A stretch of DNA of 63,173 nt, filler included, from Stramenopiles sp. TOSAG23-3 (lineage: Eukaryota), in NCBI GenBank assembly GCA_900128585.1. It is 5 parts of 5 records of this genome, joined end to end, with 100 filler letters (N's around TTAATTAATTAA, not from the genome) between each part and the next. Parts side by side here need not be neighbours in the genome. Positions count along the whole stretch, not along the records: positions 28,344 to 56,543 come from LT642250.1; 4 more parts are not named here. One strand, given 5' to 3'. The notes beneath the pieces were generated by a model. It was not told the DNA's origin. It did no database searches and worked only from the letters and a program-made list of their open reading frames with translations. Below, piece by piece: positions 41,529 through 52,293 of this stretch. Every line of letters begins with the position of its first letter. The stretch's first letter is position 1. Both the position numbers and the translations under genes were made by a program.

Positions 41529-44500
41529 CTATTTCTTCTGCCGCGGATTCAATTTCACCCCCACCTTTTTTGCTGCAGCTGTGAGAAGTTTAGCTATGGC
41601 ACGAACCCTATCCCGAATGTCACTTGATTGTTGAACAATAAGGGGAATCTGACTCTTTAGGCCAGGTGTTTTTTTGGCAACCTCCTGGAGACCCGACCGG
41701 TCCATGCCAGCATACTTTGCAGCATGAGCAATGATTTGTTGCAGTTGCCGCTGTCGTTGAATCAATCGTTCACGGTCACCACCATTTTGACTAGAACTTC
41801 CATGGCGCCTTTGGCTACTGCTACTTGAAGTAGTGCTAGCTGATGCACGCGAAGACGAGTTCGAGGTTGATATGTTGCTGCTGTTGTGCTTTGCGCTGAT
41901 CATACGTCGTGTGTACGTCGAGGATCGGTTGAAAGGGTTAACGGCGGGCATTACGCTGGAAAACTTCGAAGCACTTGATGACGCGTCTCTATCATTATTT
42001 CGCCGCCGCTTGTTATAAATTATCTCCGACGGGCTAGTTTGCTTGAGCGACAAGTCTTTATCCGTATGCGAAGAATGGGGCTGAAAACTTTCATTGGTCC
42101 TAAGTATGACGTTCTCTGTTAAAAGAGGGGGAACACTTTTTTCGCTATTCATAGCCTCCATCACTGGCTCAAACTTTCTGGCAAACGCCTTGTAACCACC
42201 GCCACAGAGGTGTTTCATTTTTTTACGCTTGCGTTCCCTTGTAGAATCAGGCGCCGCTGCGTCTGAAAGCCTATCGTAATTTTGAACCCACAACAAATCA
42301 TCTCTGGTTGCAGGTTTGGTGGCCCAGTCGTACTTGGATACAATTTCCTTCTGTTTCTCATGATCTCTTTTGCGAAATATTTGTGCACCTAGTTTTTGCA
42401 CCCTTGCATGGCATTGCCTTGCAGACCTCTTTCTACCAAAAGAATTGGGATGGTCATTTATAAGCTCGGATATCAATTCCCAGTTCGCACCAAATGACGA
42501 TACGCCCTGGCGTAGCATGACATCCTCCCATGGCGACCACGCGATTTTATGGCTTCTGAGAAAAAAGTCAGCCCGAAGACCGTCAGATTCGAGTTGCCTT
42601 TTCGCAGTGGGATGAAAATGCCTGTTTGTGAACATTTTGCTTTTGAGGGCCTCAGTGTCTGTTTGTTTTGGCTTGATCTCGTCCGTCTTGCGCTGGCTCC
42701 AACTGTTTCCATCGGGCGGACCATACAAGTGAAAATCGACAGCTTTGCCAGACGATATCTTGCGGCCCAGTGCAGATCGGAATGCGATGCACTTTGGATC
42801 ATCATGCTGAACCCTGCTGCTGGAAGATACAAATTGAGAAAAGCTACTGTCTGGTGATGAACCAAATTGTCCTCCTTCGAGTGGGTAAAAGAATATTTCT
42901 TCGCCAGCCCTATCTTTTTGCTCTTCGTTTGAAGGCGGTTTGGAACGGCCAAAATCGGACTGAATAGAATCAACTTCCAGCACAGCGCCCGGGGAATAGT
43001 TTCGAAAAATTGCATCTAGCTCAAGCTGTGGACTGCCTCTTCCATCGGGTGACTCCTGGGTAACCTTAATGGGCTCGTTGATATAAACAGTCATTTCATC
43101 AAGGCGGTCAGTTACGTTACTGATTTCCCCATCGATATGAGTAATGGCATTCTGCTCTTCCGCAATTTGATCTTCGAAGTCGTCGTCGAATTTCTCGCCT
43201 CTTCCCTTTTCTTCATCGTGTAAGTGCATGGCAATTAGTGAAGCATCGCTTTGCTTCAAAACAAACCCTTCCTTTGCCAATGCGGAAATAGACCGTTTAT
43301 TTTGCGAATTCTTCAAAAGGCTCTCTTCGACGGTTCCCTCGGTAAACAGGCGCACGACGCGGAGTTGCTTCGGTCGCGCGCTCACCGCTAATTGCTCTAA
43401 AAATTGAATACATCCCACAGGTAAGTCCGAGTCCACCTCAATGCTGTCCGTAAATACGACTTGATCCACCATTGAAAGGTTTGCGAGGCGTGCAATCGTA
43501 GCAGCATTTGCCCCACAAAATAATGCCACTGAAAATTTCTGCTCGCTGTTGAATAGAACACATTTTTCTGCCCACCTCGACAGCGAATGCTCCGGCGATC
43601 CCGTTTCATCTTCATCGAGCTGCAGGTATCGGACCCCGCTGCGAGAAAGAAAGCCGCGGACGACCCCAAGCATCTGTGGGATCCCAACGATTACAATCGA
43701 CCGTGCCGTACCCTGTGGCGTTTTGGAGGTGGCACTAGATTTCAACTGAGGCAATGGTGGGGATCTAAGCAACTTCAAGAGTTCGCGCATTTTCGCTGAG
43801 GCGTGAATGATGTTGCCCCAGTAAACACTCGACAGTCGCGTGTCTGTTGAAGGAAAAATGATATCGGGATTTCCCCCCTTTATCGAATCTTTTAGCCTCT
43901 GAAACCCCGACAAATGCTCCCCTTTAACGCAAAGCGATTCAATGTTTGGTACCGGAACGAATATTCTACTGGTATTTACATAAACAGACCGGGCCACGTG
44001 CAATGCCTCGGTTTGCAGCCTCCCACAGAGAGACTCGCGCTGGTTCGGCAAAGACACACACGCCCTCAGCGCTTCTCCGTAGACAGGCTGCCTTTGGCAC
44101 CGAAATCTATTTATATATGCTACGTGCTCGTAGACCCTTTCCCTCCACTTTAACAATGACGAATGCTGCAGCTGCACATCAACTACCAAGTGCCCCCCGT
44201 CGTCTTGTTGCAACAAAGATGCTTCCACGGCTTCGTTTCGAAAAACAAAGTTTTGTATTCCTTCGTGGAGAATACTTTCATACCTTATCGGTTCACACTT
44301 CGAAAAATCCCCGTTGTGAAGCTCAGTTTGAACAATATCAAGATTCAAGAAACTGACCACATCATGGATTTCATTTACAGCACCCCTAACCAACGTGGGG
44401 ACCTTGATACAAAGATTTGGCATTACCAAAACGTGGCTTCGTTTGGTCTTCACGGTGGAATCGTCGTCGGGTTGCTGCAAAGACGCGTGATTTGCTGCGT

Positions 44501-47045
44501 AGTGCAACACACAAAATGAACGCAGAAGCATTTGTAACTTTGACTTTTTCCCTTGGCATTCGCCAATGCGTTCTAGGCACTGTTTCTTCGTGGCGTTGTA
44601 TTTAGAATGCTGAAAAACTCCCATCTTGCAACCCTTCAGTTCGAAGTTGAAATAGGATGCAATTTTTTCGATGGGCACAGAAAATGTAGACGAGTTTATA
44701 AAGTCGTCACAGCTAACGCTGTTTTTACTGGACCCACGCCCCACTTTTTGCCCAGCCCCGGCACCGATGGCATTGCAGCACGGAAATGGTAGCAAAATAT
44801 TTGCTAACCCTAGTTGCGATTTTGAGCGATCCCATAAGCCGAGCAAAAGTTTCCATTTCGATGAAATGGAGCCGACGAAGGTGAATTGTTTGTGGTTCCA
44901 ATCCTTTACTTTATGGGCATCGTCCATAATTAAAGTCTGCCAACGGACTCTTCGCAGTTGGGACTGGTGCTGGTTGGCAACGCTATACGAACATACGCAG
45001 ACGTTAAAGTGGGAGGAAAAACTACTAAGCCCCCCCGCGGTCCCGGGGAAGAACAATTGTAACGGGGATGACACCCGTCGCAGCGTCTCTTCCCACACGA
45101 CAAGAACGTACGAAGGTACCAAAATTAGGTGAGGCCCCCAATTTCGGCAGGGACCGATAGCGAGGTTCGAAAGAAACGCAGCTATGGTGTCGACCCGGCC
45201 AAGACCCCTCCCAATATTTACACATGCATTGAATCCACGCAAATACATGTTTTCCATCCACTTGATAATACTTTCCTGGAAGTGGAACGGCATGGGCGCT
45301 TTGCCATCGGACATTGTCATGGTCGCCGGCTGCTGAAATTTCCATACGCGCCGGGCACTCCGAGCAACAGGTTGCGACGCCGGGAACTTCTTTATAGCCT
45401 CTACTATTCCAGTCATGATCAACGCGGCTTCTTGTTTCGAGGCGTCGCTGTGGGCGGACTTTGGGTCCCACACGAGCTCACGGTACAGTTCTGCCCCAGT
45501 GTGGTTGTCCGAGTCCACCTCATCTACCAAAAGGTCTGAAATCGAGCATTCCCCTGCCTCAGCGTACGGTTCTAAGGCCTCAGACAATGGCCTCTGGTTA
45601 TCCCTGTAAAGATCGGCAAGCTCTTCGTATCGTCTTTTTCTACGCTTACTGACCCCTCGAGATTTCGTTCCTCCAAAATGCCCCCGAGACTCTTTCGCTG
45701 AGGTGCTAGACAAACCCCCTTCATCGTCGCTTGATGAACTTTCGTCTTCACTCGCACTTAGATTTGCTTCCCACGAGTCTGAGTCCTCACTGCCGTCGCT
45801 TCCGAGCAGGTCCTGTGCATCATCGGGGTCCCAGTCGCTATCGCTCCCACTTTCGTCAAATTTCTTACACACGTCCTCCAAATAAACATGCATGTTGGTC
45901 CGGTTATACTGGGACAATGACGCTTCCACAGGAATTGCTGGAAAATCGTCTTGCCGCGTTTCGTCCTCCGAAAGGGAATCTTCACCAACGCCGTAGCCCG
46001 AGGATTTGTACTCCTCCAAGCTCTGCGTTTTCTCTTCATTTAAGTATGCCACGGCATCCCTCCATTTCTTCTTTTTCGCACTCGAGTACGGCTTACTATC
46101 CAAATTGTGCTTTCTATACCTTCGCGACAGTTTTAAAAGTCGACCATACGCATTTTTTGACCGTTTAGTGCTCGCTGTACTATTGTAACTTGTACCTAGA
46201 ATTGACCCTCGTATCGAACTATTGGAGTGCCAGAAACTCGCGACCGACTTGGAAACGGACGTTGCACAGACGCGGCAATGCTGATCAAAAAGGGAAGCTT
46301 TTGCTTTCAGCCGCATCTGCATCTTTGAATAAAAGTGGGCTGCTTCGCGGGAAATTTTTTTGGCCAGTGCTACTTTCCACTTTTGTTCTTCTAGGAAGTC
46401 TGTTGCCATCCAACTCATCTCTTCCAAGACCGCATCAAAGTGGCACTTGGGGCGTGGGCATGGCGCGGACATGTGTGGATATGCTGGTGGCAGCCCGTCA
46501 GCATTTGCATGCGCCGGAGAACATCTCTTAAGCTTTCCGTCAAGATTTTTCTGTTTTTCTACCAGTAACCGAATTGCTTTCTCCTCGACTTCTTTTCTGC
46601 GCGCGTCAATTGTGTCTGCGCTAATCTGAGGTATGGGAGGATCGTTTGAAATTTGAGACGAAGAGGCGTTTGAATCCTCAACCTTCTCGTTATTTGCATT
46701 TTTGCTTTCGTCGTCCTTGTTCGGGCTGGGCGCTGTCTCATTCTCAGACCCAGGCGTGCCCGAGGGGGCGACAACACCCGTTTCTGTGGTCGTCTGGGCA
46801 TCGTCAGTGCCCTCCAAACTGGCAGGCTCACTGGGGCCTCCCACGTCACCCTTCGTCTTGCCTTCGTCCCCGCCCTCTGCAGCTTCAGATTTGGTCTCTT
46901 TGGCATCCGAGCCACTACCGTCCGGCACCTCGGCACTAATTTGTTCGCTTTTGGGGGGGTCATCAGCCTTTTCAGCGTCCACCGCAGGGGTGTCCGGAGC
47001 GCTTTTTTTGGCAAGAGCGTCGGGTTCAGACGCCGTATCCGACAT
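41529..47045 (-). CDS. p400/PIE1/SWR1-family protein: HSA domain, degenerate split SNF2 ATPase and SANT/Myb domain
   Basis: HSA PRPKCHFDAVLEEMSWMATDFLEEQKWK; NWGPHLILVP, FNVCVCSY, RLFTEGTVEE; SANT WSPWEDVML..GANWELISELIN..RSARQC. Confidence 0.9.
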   Translation of the reverse strand: MSDTASEPDALAKKSAPDTPAVDAEKADDPPKSEQISAEVPDGSGSDAKETKSEAAEGGDEGKTKGDVGGPSEPASLEGTDDAQTTTETGVVAPSGTPGSENETAPSPNKDDESKNANNEKVEDSNASSSQISNDPPIPQISADTIDARRKEVEEKAIRLLVEKQKNLDGKLKRCSPAHANADGLPPAYPHMSAPCPRPKCHFDAVLEEMSWMATDFLEEQKWKVALAKKISREAAHFYSKMQMRLKAKASLFDQHCRVCATSVSKSVASFWHSNSSIRGSILGTSYNSTASTKRSKNAYGRLLKLSRRYRKHNLDSKPYSSAKKKKWRDAVAYLNEEKTQSLEEYKSSGYGVGEDSLSEDETRQDDFPAIPVEASLSQYNRTNMHVYLEDVCKKFDESGSDSDWDPDDAQDLLGSDGSEDSDSWEANLSASEDESSSSDDEGGLSSTSAKESRGHFGGTKSRGVSKRRKRRYEELADLYRDNQRPLSEALEPYAEAGECSISDLLVDEVDSDNHTGAELYRELVWDPKSAHSDASKQEAALIMTGIVEAIKKFPASQPVARSARRVWKFQQPATMTMSDGKAPMPFHFQESIIKWMENMYLRGFNACVNIGRGLGRVDTIAAFLSNLAIGPCRNWGPHLILVPSYVLVVWEETLRRVSSPLQLFFPGTAGGLSSFSSHFNVCVCSYSVANQHQSQLRRVRWQTLIMDDAHKVKDWNHKQFTFVGSISSKWKLLLGLWDRSKSQLGLANILLPFPCCNAIGAGAGQKVGRGSSKNSVSCDDFINSSTFSVPIEKIASYFNFELKGCKMGVFQHSKYNATKKQCLERIGECQGKKSKLQMLLRSFCVLHYAANHASLQQPDDDSTVKTKRSHVLVMPNLCIKVPTLVRGAVNEIHDVVSFLNLDIVQTELHNGDFSKCEPIRYESILHEGIQNFVFRNEAVEASLLQQDDGGHLVVDVQLQHSSLLKWRERVYEHVAYINRFRCQRQPVYGEALRACVSLPNQRESLCGRLQTEALHVARSVYVNTSRIFVPVPNIESLCVKGEHLSGFQRLKDSIKGGNPDIIFPSTDTRLSSVYWGNIIHASAKMRELLKLLRSPPLPQLKSSATSKTPQGTARSIVIVGIPQMLGVVRGFLSRSGVRYLQLDEDETGSPEHSLSRWAEKCVLFNSEQKFSVALFCGANAATIARLANLSMVDQVVFTDSIEVDSDLPVGCIQFLEQLAVSARPKQLRVVRLFTEGTVEESLLKNSQNKRSISALAKEGFVLKQSDASLIAMHLHDEEKGRGEKFDDDFEDQIAEEQNAITHIDGEISNVTDRLDEMTVYINEPIKVTQESPDGRGSPQLELDAIFRNYSPGAVLEVDSIQSDFGRSKPPSNEEQKDRAGEEIFFYPLEGGQFGSSPDSSFSQFVSSSSRVQHDDPKCIAFRSALGRKISSGKAVDFHLYGPPDGNSWSQRKTDEIKPKQTDTEALKSKMFTNRHFHPTAKRQLESDGLRADFFLRSHKIAWSPWEDVMLRQGVSSFGANWELISELINDHPNSFGRKRSARQCHARVQKLGAQIFRKRDHEKQKEIVSKYDWATKPATRDDLLWVQNYDRLSDAAAPDSTRERKRKKMKHLCGGGYKAFARKFEPVMEAMNSEKSVPPLLTENVILRTNESFQPHSSHTDKDLSLKQTSPSEIIYNKRRRNNDRDASSSASKFSSVMPAVNPFNRSSTYTRRMISAKHNSSNISTSNSSSRASASTTSSSSSQRRHGSSSQNGGDRERLIQRQRQLQQIIAHAAKYAGMDRSGLQEVAKKTPGLKSQIPLIVQQSSDIRDRVRAIAKLLTAAAKKVGVKLNPRQKK

Positions 47046-47940
47046 GGCTATCGCAAAAATCGTTCGTTATAACAGGTTCAATTTGGGGGTGTTTGTGGGT
47101 GATGTGCCCTTAGAATGACTGATCCCAGCTGTAGAATGTACGTTTTTCAGGCCGCAAAGTAGAGAGAGAGAGAGAAAGAAAATACAATTACCTTTACCGG
47201 TATTGCTTTGTTTCAAATTTATCAGAACTGAAACAATAAGTTTCTTTCACACGATTCTTATGTGCAATTGTTAACCTCACTCTTTTTTAATTTTCATTCA
47301 CATTCATTGAATACTATATAATATTAGATATTTATTAATTCATTATTTATTATTTATTTATTTTATTATTAATTAGTTTTTTCTTCTTCATCATCATTCT
47401 TCTCTAATTTATATTTTATTTAAAAAAACAAAATTGGCCATCATCCTGAATATAGCTATGGGACGATATCGTACTTATTAATTAAATACCCGTAGTGTAG
47501 TTACGACGGACGGACTTACTTGCTATTAACCCCCCCCCCCCGTGGGAATCGCATTATTTGGATACTTAAGGAATTATATAATATAATATATTATTATTAT
47601 ATCTATATTTATTGATTATGGAAGACATATATATTATGTACCTTAATGAACAAGTAAACGAAGGCAAGGACGGACGGAGATTTGTTTAATTTTTAATTTT
47701 TTTAATTTATTTTTTGATGTAGTACAGTGTAGTATAATAGAGAGAGATGATGTAGAGAGCTCTTCTTTTGTTGCTTGATAGATTTAAAAAAAATCAATAG
47801 ATAGGGAGGGAGGGAGCTAGTCGTCTTTCTATATAGTCTCTAATGGGTCTAGTCTAAATGGAATAACAAGGAGAACCACTCGCTTAGCTCGCTCGCCCTT
47901 TCTTTCTTTGTTCTTTGTTCTTTGTTCTTATTTTACATTA

Positions 47941-48115
47941 TAATTGCTTTTTAAGATTTAGATTAATAGTAGAAGATATATAGTTAATGCCAATGTACAA
48001 TAAAAAAGATTTAAATGTGCTTTATATTTAATTGCTTTTTAAGATTTAGATACAGTAGAAGATATAACGTTAATAATGCCAATAATAAAAAAGATTTAAA
48101 TGTGCTTTATATTTA
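47941..48115. repeat. Imperfect tandem duplication of an approximately 88-bp unit
   Basis: TAATTGCTTTTTAAGATTTAGAT...AAAAAAGATTTAAATGTGCTTTATATT starts at 47941 and again at 48029. Confidence 0.9.
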
Positions 48116-48831
48116 TATCAGTACAGTACTAAATAATCACATCGGAGGACTTGCCATTCTTGACCGACTTACTACTCGTACTGTACCCGTGTGCTGTACA
48201 CCCTTCCTTCCTTCCTTCCTTTCGTACGACCCCAGAATGATCGATAGAGTATTGGAATTTCTATTCTTCTTTCTTTCACTTCTCCTACTCCTCGTTTCCC
48301 TTTTTTTAATTTTTTTTTTAATTTAATTAATAATTGGAATAATTGCGTCTTTTTTTTTTGATGATTGATTGTTGATTATTATTAGTTTTGTTGTTGACTT
48401 TGTTGATGGATACTTTATTTTTTAACTAATACTATAAGGAACTATAAAAAACAACACAACCAGAGAGAGGAGTATCTAATTTCCTCTTCTTCTTTTTTCT
48501 TCTTCTCTTTCTTCATCTTTCTTTTTTATTTATATTTATAATATAATATTATTTTTTATTATTACTTCTCTTCTTTTCTTTTCTTCTTCTTCGTCGTCGT
48601 ATTATTATTATTTTCTTTTTCGATAATAGTAAACGGGAAATAAAAGATGGTTGGGCGTCAACGCGAGAGCAATCTATAAACGTTTACGATTTGCAGTCAC
48701 CAGATTTTTTTACAACTAAACGCGAGGACAGAACGATTAAACAATAAATCGGAGGTGAAGAAAAAAGACTCCTGAAGCCCTACAACAACTGAACTTTTCG
48801 AGCGAGCCTGAGCGCGTGAAGTATATGCGAT

Positions 48832-50313
48832 ATGTCCTCGTCCTCCAAGAAACATAAGAAAATAAAACTCCCTAGAACATGTTTTGTGATTTTTCGCTCG
48901 GCACAGAGCGACGATCTTAAGAAGAATCACCCCAACCTTAGTTTCGGGGACATTTCACGAGAAATTGCTAGGCGCTGGAAAGCTCTCTCGCCGTTAGGTA
49001 GGAAAAAGTGGATACTGAAGGCCACCGAAGAAAAAAAGTCTTGGGAACGAGAACACGGATCTATCCAAGAATATAAACAGTTTTTAGCAGCCGAACAGGA
49101 CACCCCAGACGCTAGACACAAGAGGGAACTGTCCGGGAAGGGTAAATACTCGGCGTATTCTTTCTTTAAACGAACCTACGTAAAGCAACTGAAGATAGAA
49201 TTACGAAGAAAACGGGAGGCCGGGGGCAGTTCGAGCAAAAGTGGGAAAGTTGACAATTTCACCAAGGGTCAAATCGAGGAACTTTGCAAGGCTAAATGGG
49301 AAAAGTTGGCGGCAAATGATCGTCGTCAGTACGAAGATAAGTCGAAGAAAAAGATCAGTGAAATAAAGGACCAAAACTCAAAAAGGGGGAGCCGCTGGTA
49401 TACCGCGGAAACTTTGGAAGATCCCGTGATGGGCAAGTATCCAATCCACCACGTCTTGCAGTTTTGCCACTGTGTGTGGAAGTACATTGACACAAAGACC
49501 GAGACAAATATGAGCGAAAGAGAACGCCCAGAGCAGATTAACTGGAACACCGTCTCAAAAATGCTGCCTAGTTTCTCTTTTCAACTGACCTGGAATGCGC
49601 TCGAGTGCCAAAGAGTGTGGAAGTACATTGCGTACGCCAAAGTAAACACACCGTTGGTAGACTCGGACACGGAAGAGATCAGCGCAAGTATTGGCGACGG
49701 CGACTTTCCTCCGTTGAGAATTGCGCAGGCACGGAGTGAACTGCGGCGCGAGAATGTTCTTCACGCCAGCGCCGCTCCATTGGCGAGCCATGCAAATTCA
49801 AATAGTATTAAAAGCAATGATAGTGTTGGGATAGCAAAAGGAGGCAGCCATGGGAGCGGGTCTTCTATCATCGCGAACAGGCCCGGAGGTGCCCTTGCAG
49901 ATGGTGAAGGGCGTAGCCCGAAATCCCCGTCCATGGACGATATTCGTGTTTTGGCCCTAGGGTCGCACAGCGCCCCAAAATCGTTTCAACAGCTAGATCC
50001 GAATATTTTAGGCGAACCAAGTATCAGCAATGCCCAGGCGGAAACTAACGGGAAGTCTCTAATCGAAAATGGGGCACAAGCTTCATCTGGGGAACCAAGC
50101 ACCGCGGGGCACCCCACAGTACAGTCGCAAAATCAAGACTCGGATGTATCCAAGAATGCTCCACTGCCACCCCCTGAAGCAGTCGGGGGTAGTGCAAGTA
50201 GTATCCGAGAAAATGCCGGCGCAGAGAAAATTTCCAATGAGACTCAACCTAACTTGATTGCCGGGAAAAGGAAACGAGAGTCGAACGGGGGCGAAATCCC
50301 TGCAAGAAGTTAG
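48832..50313 (+). CDS. Two HMG-box protein with a Myb/SANT-like module
   Basis: KLPRTCFVIF..HPNLSFGDISREIARRWKAL; second box YSAYSFF..KWEKL..RRQYE; INWNTVSKML..ALECQRVWKYIAY. Confidence 0.85.
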   Translation: MSSSSKKHKKIKLPRTCFVIFRSAQSDDLKKNHPNLSFGDISREIARRWKALSPLGRKKWILKATEEKKSWEREHGSIQEYKQFLAAEQDTPDARHKRELSGKGKYSAYSFFKRTYVKQLKIELRRKREAGGSSSKSGKVDNFTKGQIEELCKAKWEKLAANDRRQYEDKSKKKISEIKDQNSKRGSRWYTAETLEDPVMGKYPIHHVLQFCHCVWKYIDTKTETNMSERERPEQINWNTVSKMLPSFSFQLTWNALECQRVWKYIAYAKVNTPLVDSDTEEISASIGDGDFPPLRIAQARSELRRENVLHASAAPLASHANSNSIKSNDSVGIAKGGSHGSGSSIIANRPGGALADGEGRSPKSPSMDDIRVLALGSHSAPKSFQQLDPNILGEPSISNAQAETNGKSLIENGAQASSGEPSTAGHPTVQSQNQDSDVSKNAPLPPPEAVGGSASSIRENAGAEKISNETQPNLIAGKRKRESNGGEIPARS

Positions 50314-50387
50314 GATTGATGCTCAGGAGAAATGTAGAGGGAGGTTCAAAGGAGAGTTGTAAGCGGTGCGTATTCTTTTTGTTAAAA

Positions 50388-50654
50388 AAACAAGAAAATT
50401 GGCAATTGTTAGGTCTTAAATATAAAACGCGCACTGAGTAATTTTAGTTTTTTAATCTCACACAAGATTTCTTAATTACACGCACGTGTTTAGTCAGTTA
50501 AGACTTTTGACGCCGTGTACATCTGAGAATGATTATAGTTAAGTTCGCACTTCATGAAGGAATGCAAACCTAGAATGTCTAAATCTAACATAGATTTCAG
50601 TTCGCAGTACATTAATTTTAATTTACTTTAAAATAACAGCCAATTTTCTTGTTT
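50388..50654. mobile_element. Candidate MITE-like element (267 bp) bounded by 16-bp perfect inverted repeats; repeat locus D
   Basis: AAACAAGAAAATTGGC at 50388-50403 and GCCAATTTTCTTGTTT at 50639-50654; internal AGTTCGCAGTAC block shared with loci A and B; no clear target-site duplication. Confidence 0.5.
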
Positions 50655-50745
50655 AAATTAAGATCATGCGTAGTCTAAACGTTTGCACGTTAAGGAGCAA
50701 CTCCTGTAAGTAAACCCCTCTCCTTCTTTTTAAACCTTGTGAATT

Positions 50746-52293
50746 TCAGTCCAAGGGGAAGGCCACACGATACTTTGTGTGCACTGCTCCCATACCTTCT
50801 ACAAACCTAAAAGCCTTCTGCGTAGGCAGTTGGTTTCCTTCAATCGAACATTCGTCTGTGCTAGTTCTTCTGCACGCAAGTACCTTCCTATACGATACAT
50901 GTTTATTTGGGTTGGCACAATAATCTTGCACTTGGTTTCGCTTAATGCTGCGAATTGGTCTTCTGAAACTGTTAAAAATTAATGACGGGTCATGGGCCAA
51001 TCTGTCATTGAAACTGCTGACCCCGACCGAAGCCCCCGAATGTGAGCCCGTAACAGCGTTTCCATCATGGCGTCCATGTGCGTGTGTACTACTCGTACCA
51101 ATGTTACGCTTGCCAAAGTAAGCGGCTTTGAACCGTTTGAAACCACGCTTCCACAAATTGTTTGCTTTCAATTTCTGAGCCATGATTGAGAAGTCAACCG
51201 ATTTATATATTTTTTGACTAACCCGGACATGAAACTTTGGCCCATTTGCGACAGTTATTGACTCCTTGACTTCTTCTTCTTCCTCTGTCTTCACCTTCTT
51301 TTTATATTCTGATTCTTGCATGGTACTGAAGAGTTCGTCCACGAGTTCTATATACTTTTCTACTCTTATTTCATCGCACCAATGATCAACAAGTTCAAAA
51401 ATTGACTTCTGAAATAATGATAAGTCCATATCTTCCGCGTCTCCTATGTCCGATTCCCAGTCTCTTTGCTCTTCTTCCCGCGCCATGCGCCTAGTCATCC
51501 TTTTGCCATAATTTAATTGAAACATTCGCTTCATCACCTTTCGAAGAGCACGGTACATGACTTTGTATTCCCCCCTTTGAATTTTGTTGTCGCCATCTTT
51601 GTCATACACGGGTAATATGAACGTCTCCCACCAATTTTGGATCACCAAGTTTAATCTTTTATCGTGGGAAATGTGTTCGCGCTGCCGCAGTGCTTCATGG
51701 GTGTATGTTTCTAAGTTACCCTGCAGCCTATAATCTAAGTTGTCAATATCTTCGACTTTAATCTCGTGGAGAAGGCCTTGAATATCTCCGACGTGCCTTT
51801 CGGCCTCGTCCCGTAAACCTTCTCGTTTCTTACGCTTGCGTTCAATATTTTTTTTCCACGAGAGAATTTTTAGTTTTGCGGAAAAGACTGCGCCCAAGGA
51901 AGGCTGTTGTTCAACGTCAGCTTTCTTGTCGTTCTCCTGCGCTTCCCGTTGTGGTACCACGTTACTATCATAGTCTTCGCCCCTTTCTATATTTGTCTCT
52001 TGGTGGGGCAGCGGTGGAGTCTCCCTCTGTACTGACGAAGAAGTCCCAGAATCCGACCCATCCTCCTGTCGCCCCGACCCTTCTTCCAGCCGTTCGTCCA
52101 CACGGCCATTCGCACCGTTGCTGTTGTCACCAAAGCCCGGGGAGATCTCGCTTTCACTGGCTGTTTCACTGCTAAGGTCTTCGCGAAAGTGGACAGTTGA
52201 AGTTCTTTGTGCACGATGAGGGTTAAAAGCAACACCACCAAATTTGGCAATTTTAAGTCGGTGAGACTGTACATGTTGCCCTTTGCGCCACAT
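50746..52293 (-). CDS. Uncharacterised EF-hand-containing protein
   Basis: DKDGDNKIQRGEY EF-hand loop followed by RDWESD..FQKSIFELVDHW; start uncertain (first ATG at 52293). Confidence 0.75.
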   Translation of the reverse strand: MWRKGQHVQSHRLKIAKFGGVAFNPHRAQRTSTVHFREDLSSETASESEISPGFGDNSNGANGRVDERLEEGSGRQEDGSDSGTSSSVQRETPPLPHQETNIERGEDYDSNVVPQREAQENDKKADVEQQPSLGAVFSAKLKILSWKKNIERKRKKREGLRDEAERHVGDIQGLLHEIKVEDIDNLDYRLQGNLETYTHEALRQREHISHDKRLNLVIQNWWETFILPVYDKDGDNKIQRGEYKVMYRALRKVMKRMFQLNYGKRMTRRMAREEEQRDWESDIGDAEDMDLSLFQKSIFELVDHWCDEIRVEKYIELVDELFSTMQESEYKKKVKTEEEEEVKESITVANGPKFHVRVSQKIYKSVDFSIMAQKLKANNLWKRGFKRFKAAYFGKRNIGTSSTHAHGRHDGNAVTGSHSGASVGVSSFNDRLAHDPSLIFNSFRRPIRSIKRNQVQDYCANPNKHVSYRKVLACRRTSTDECSIEGNQLPTQKAFRFVEGMGAVHTKYRVAFPLD

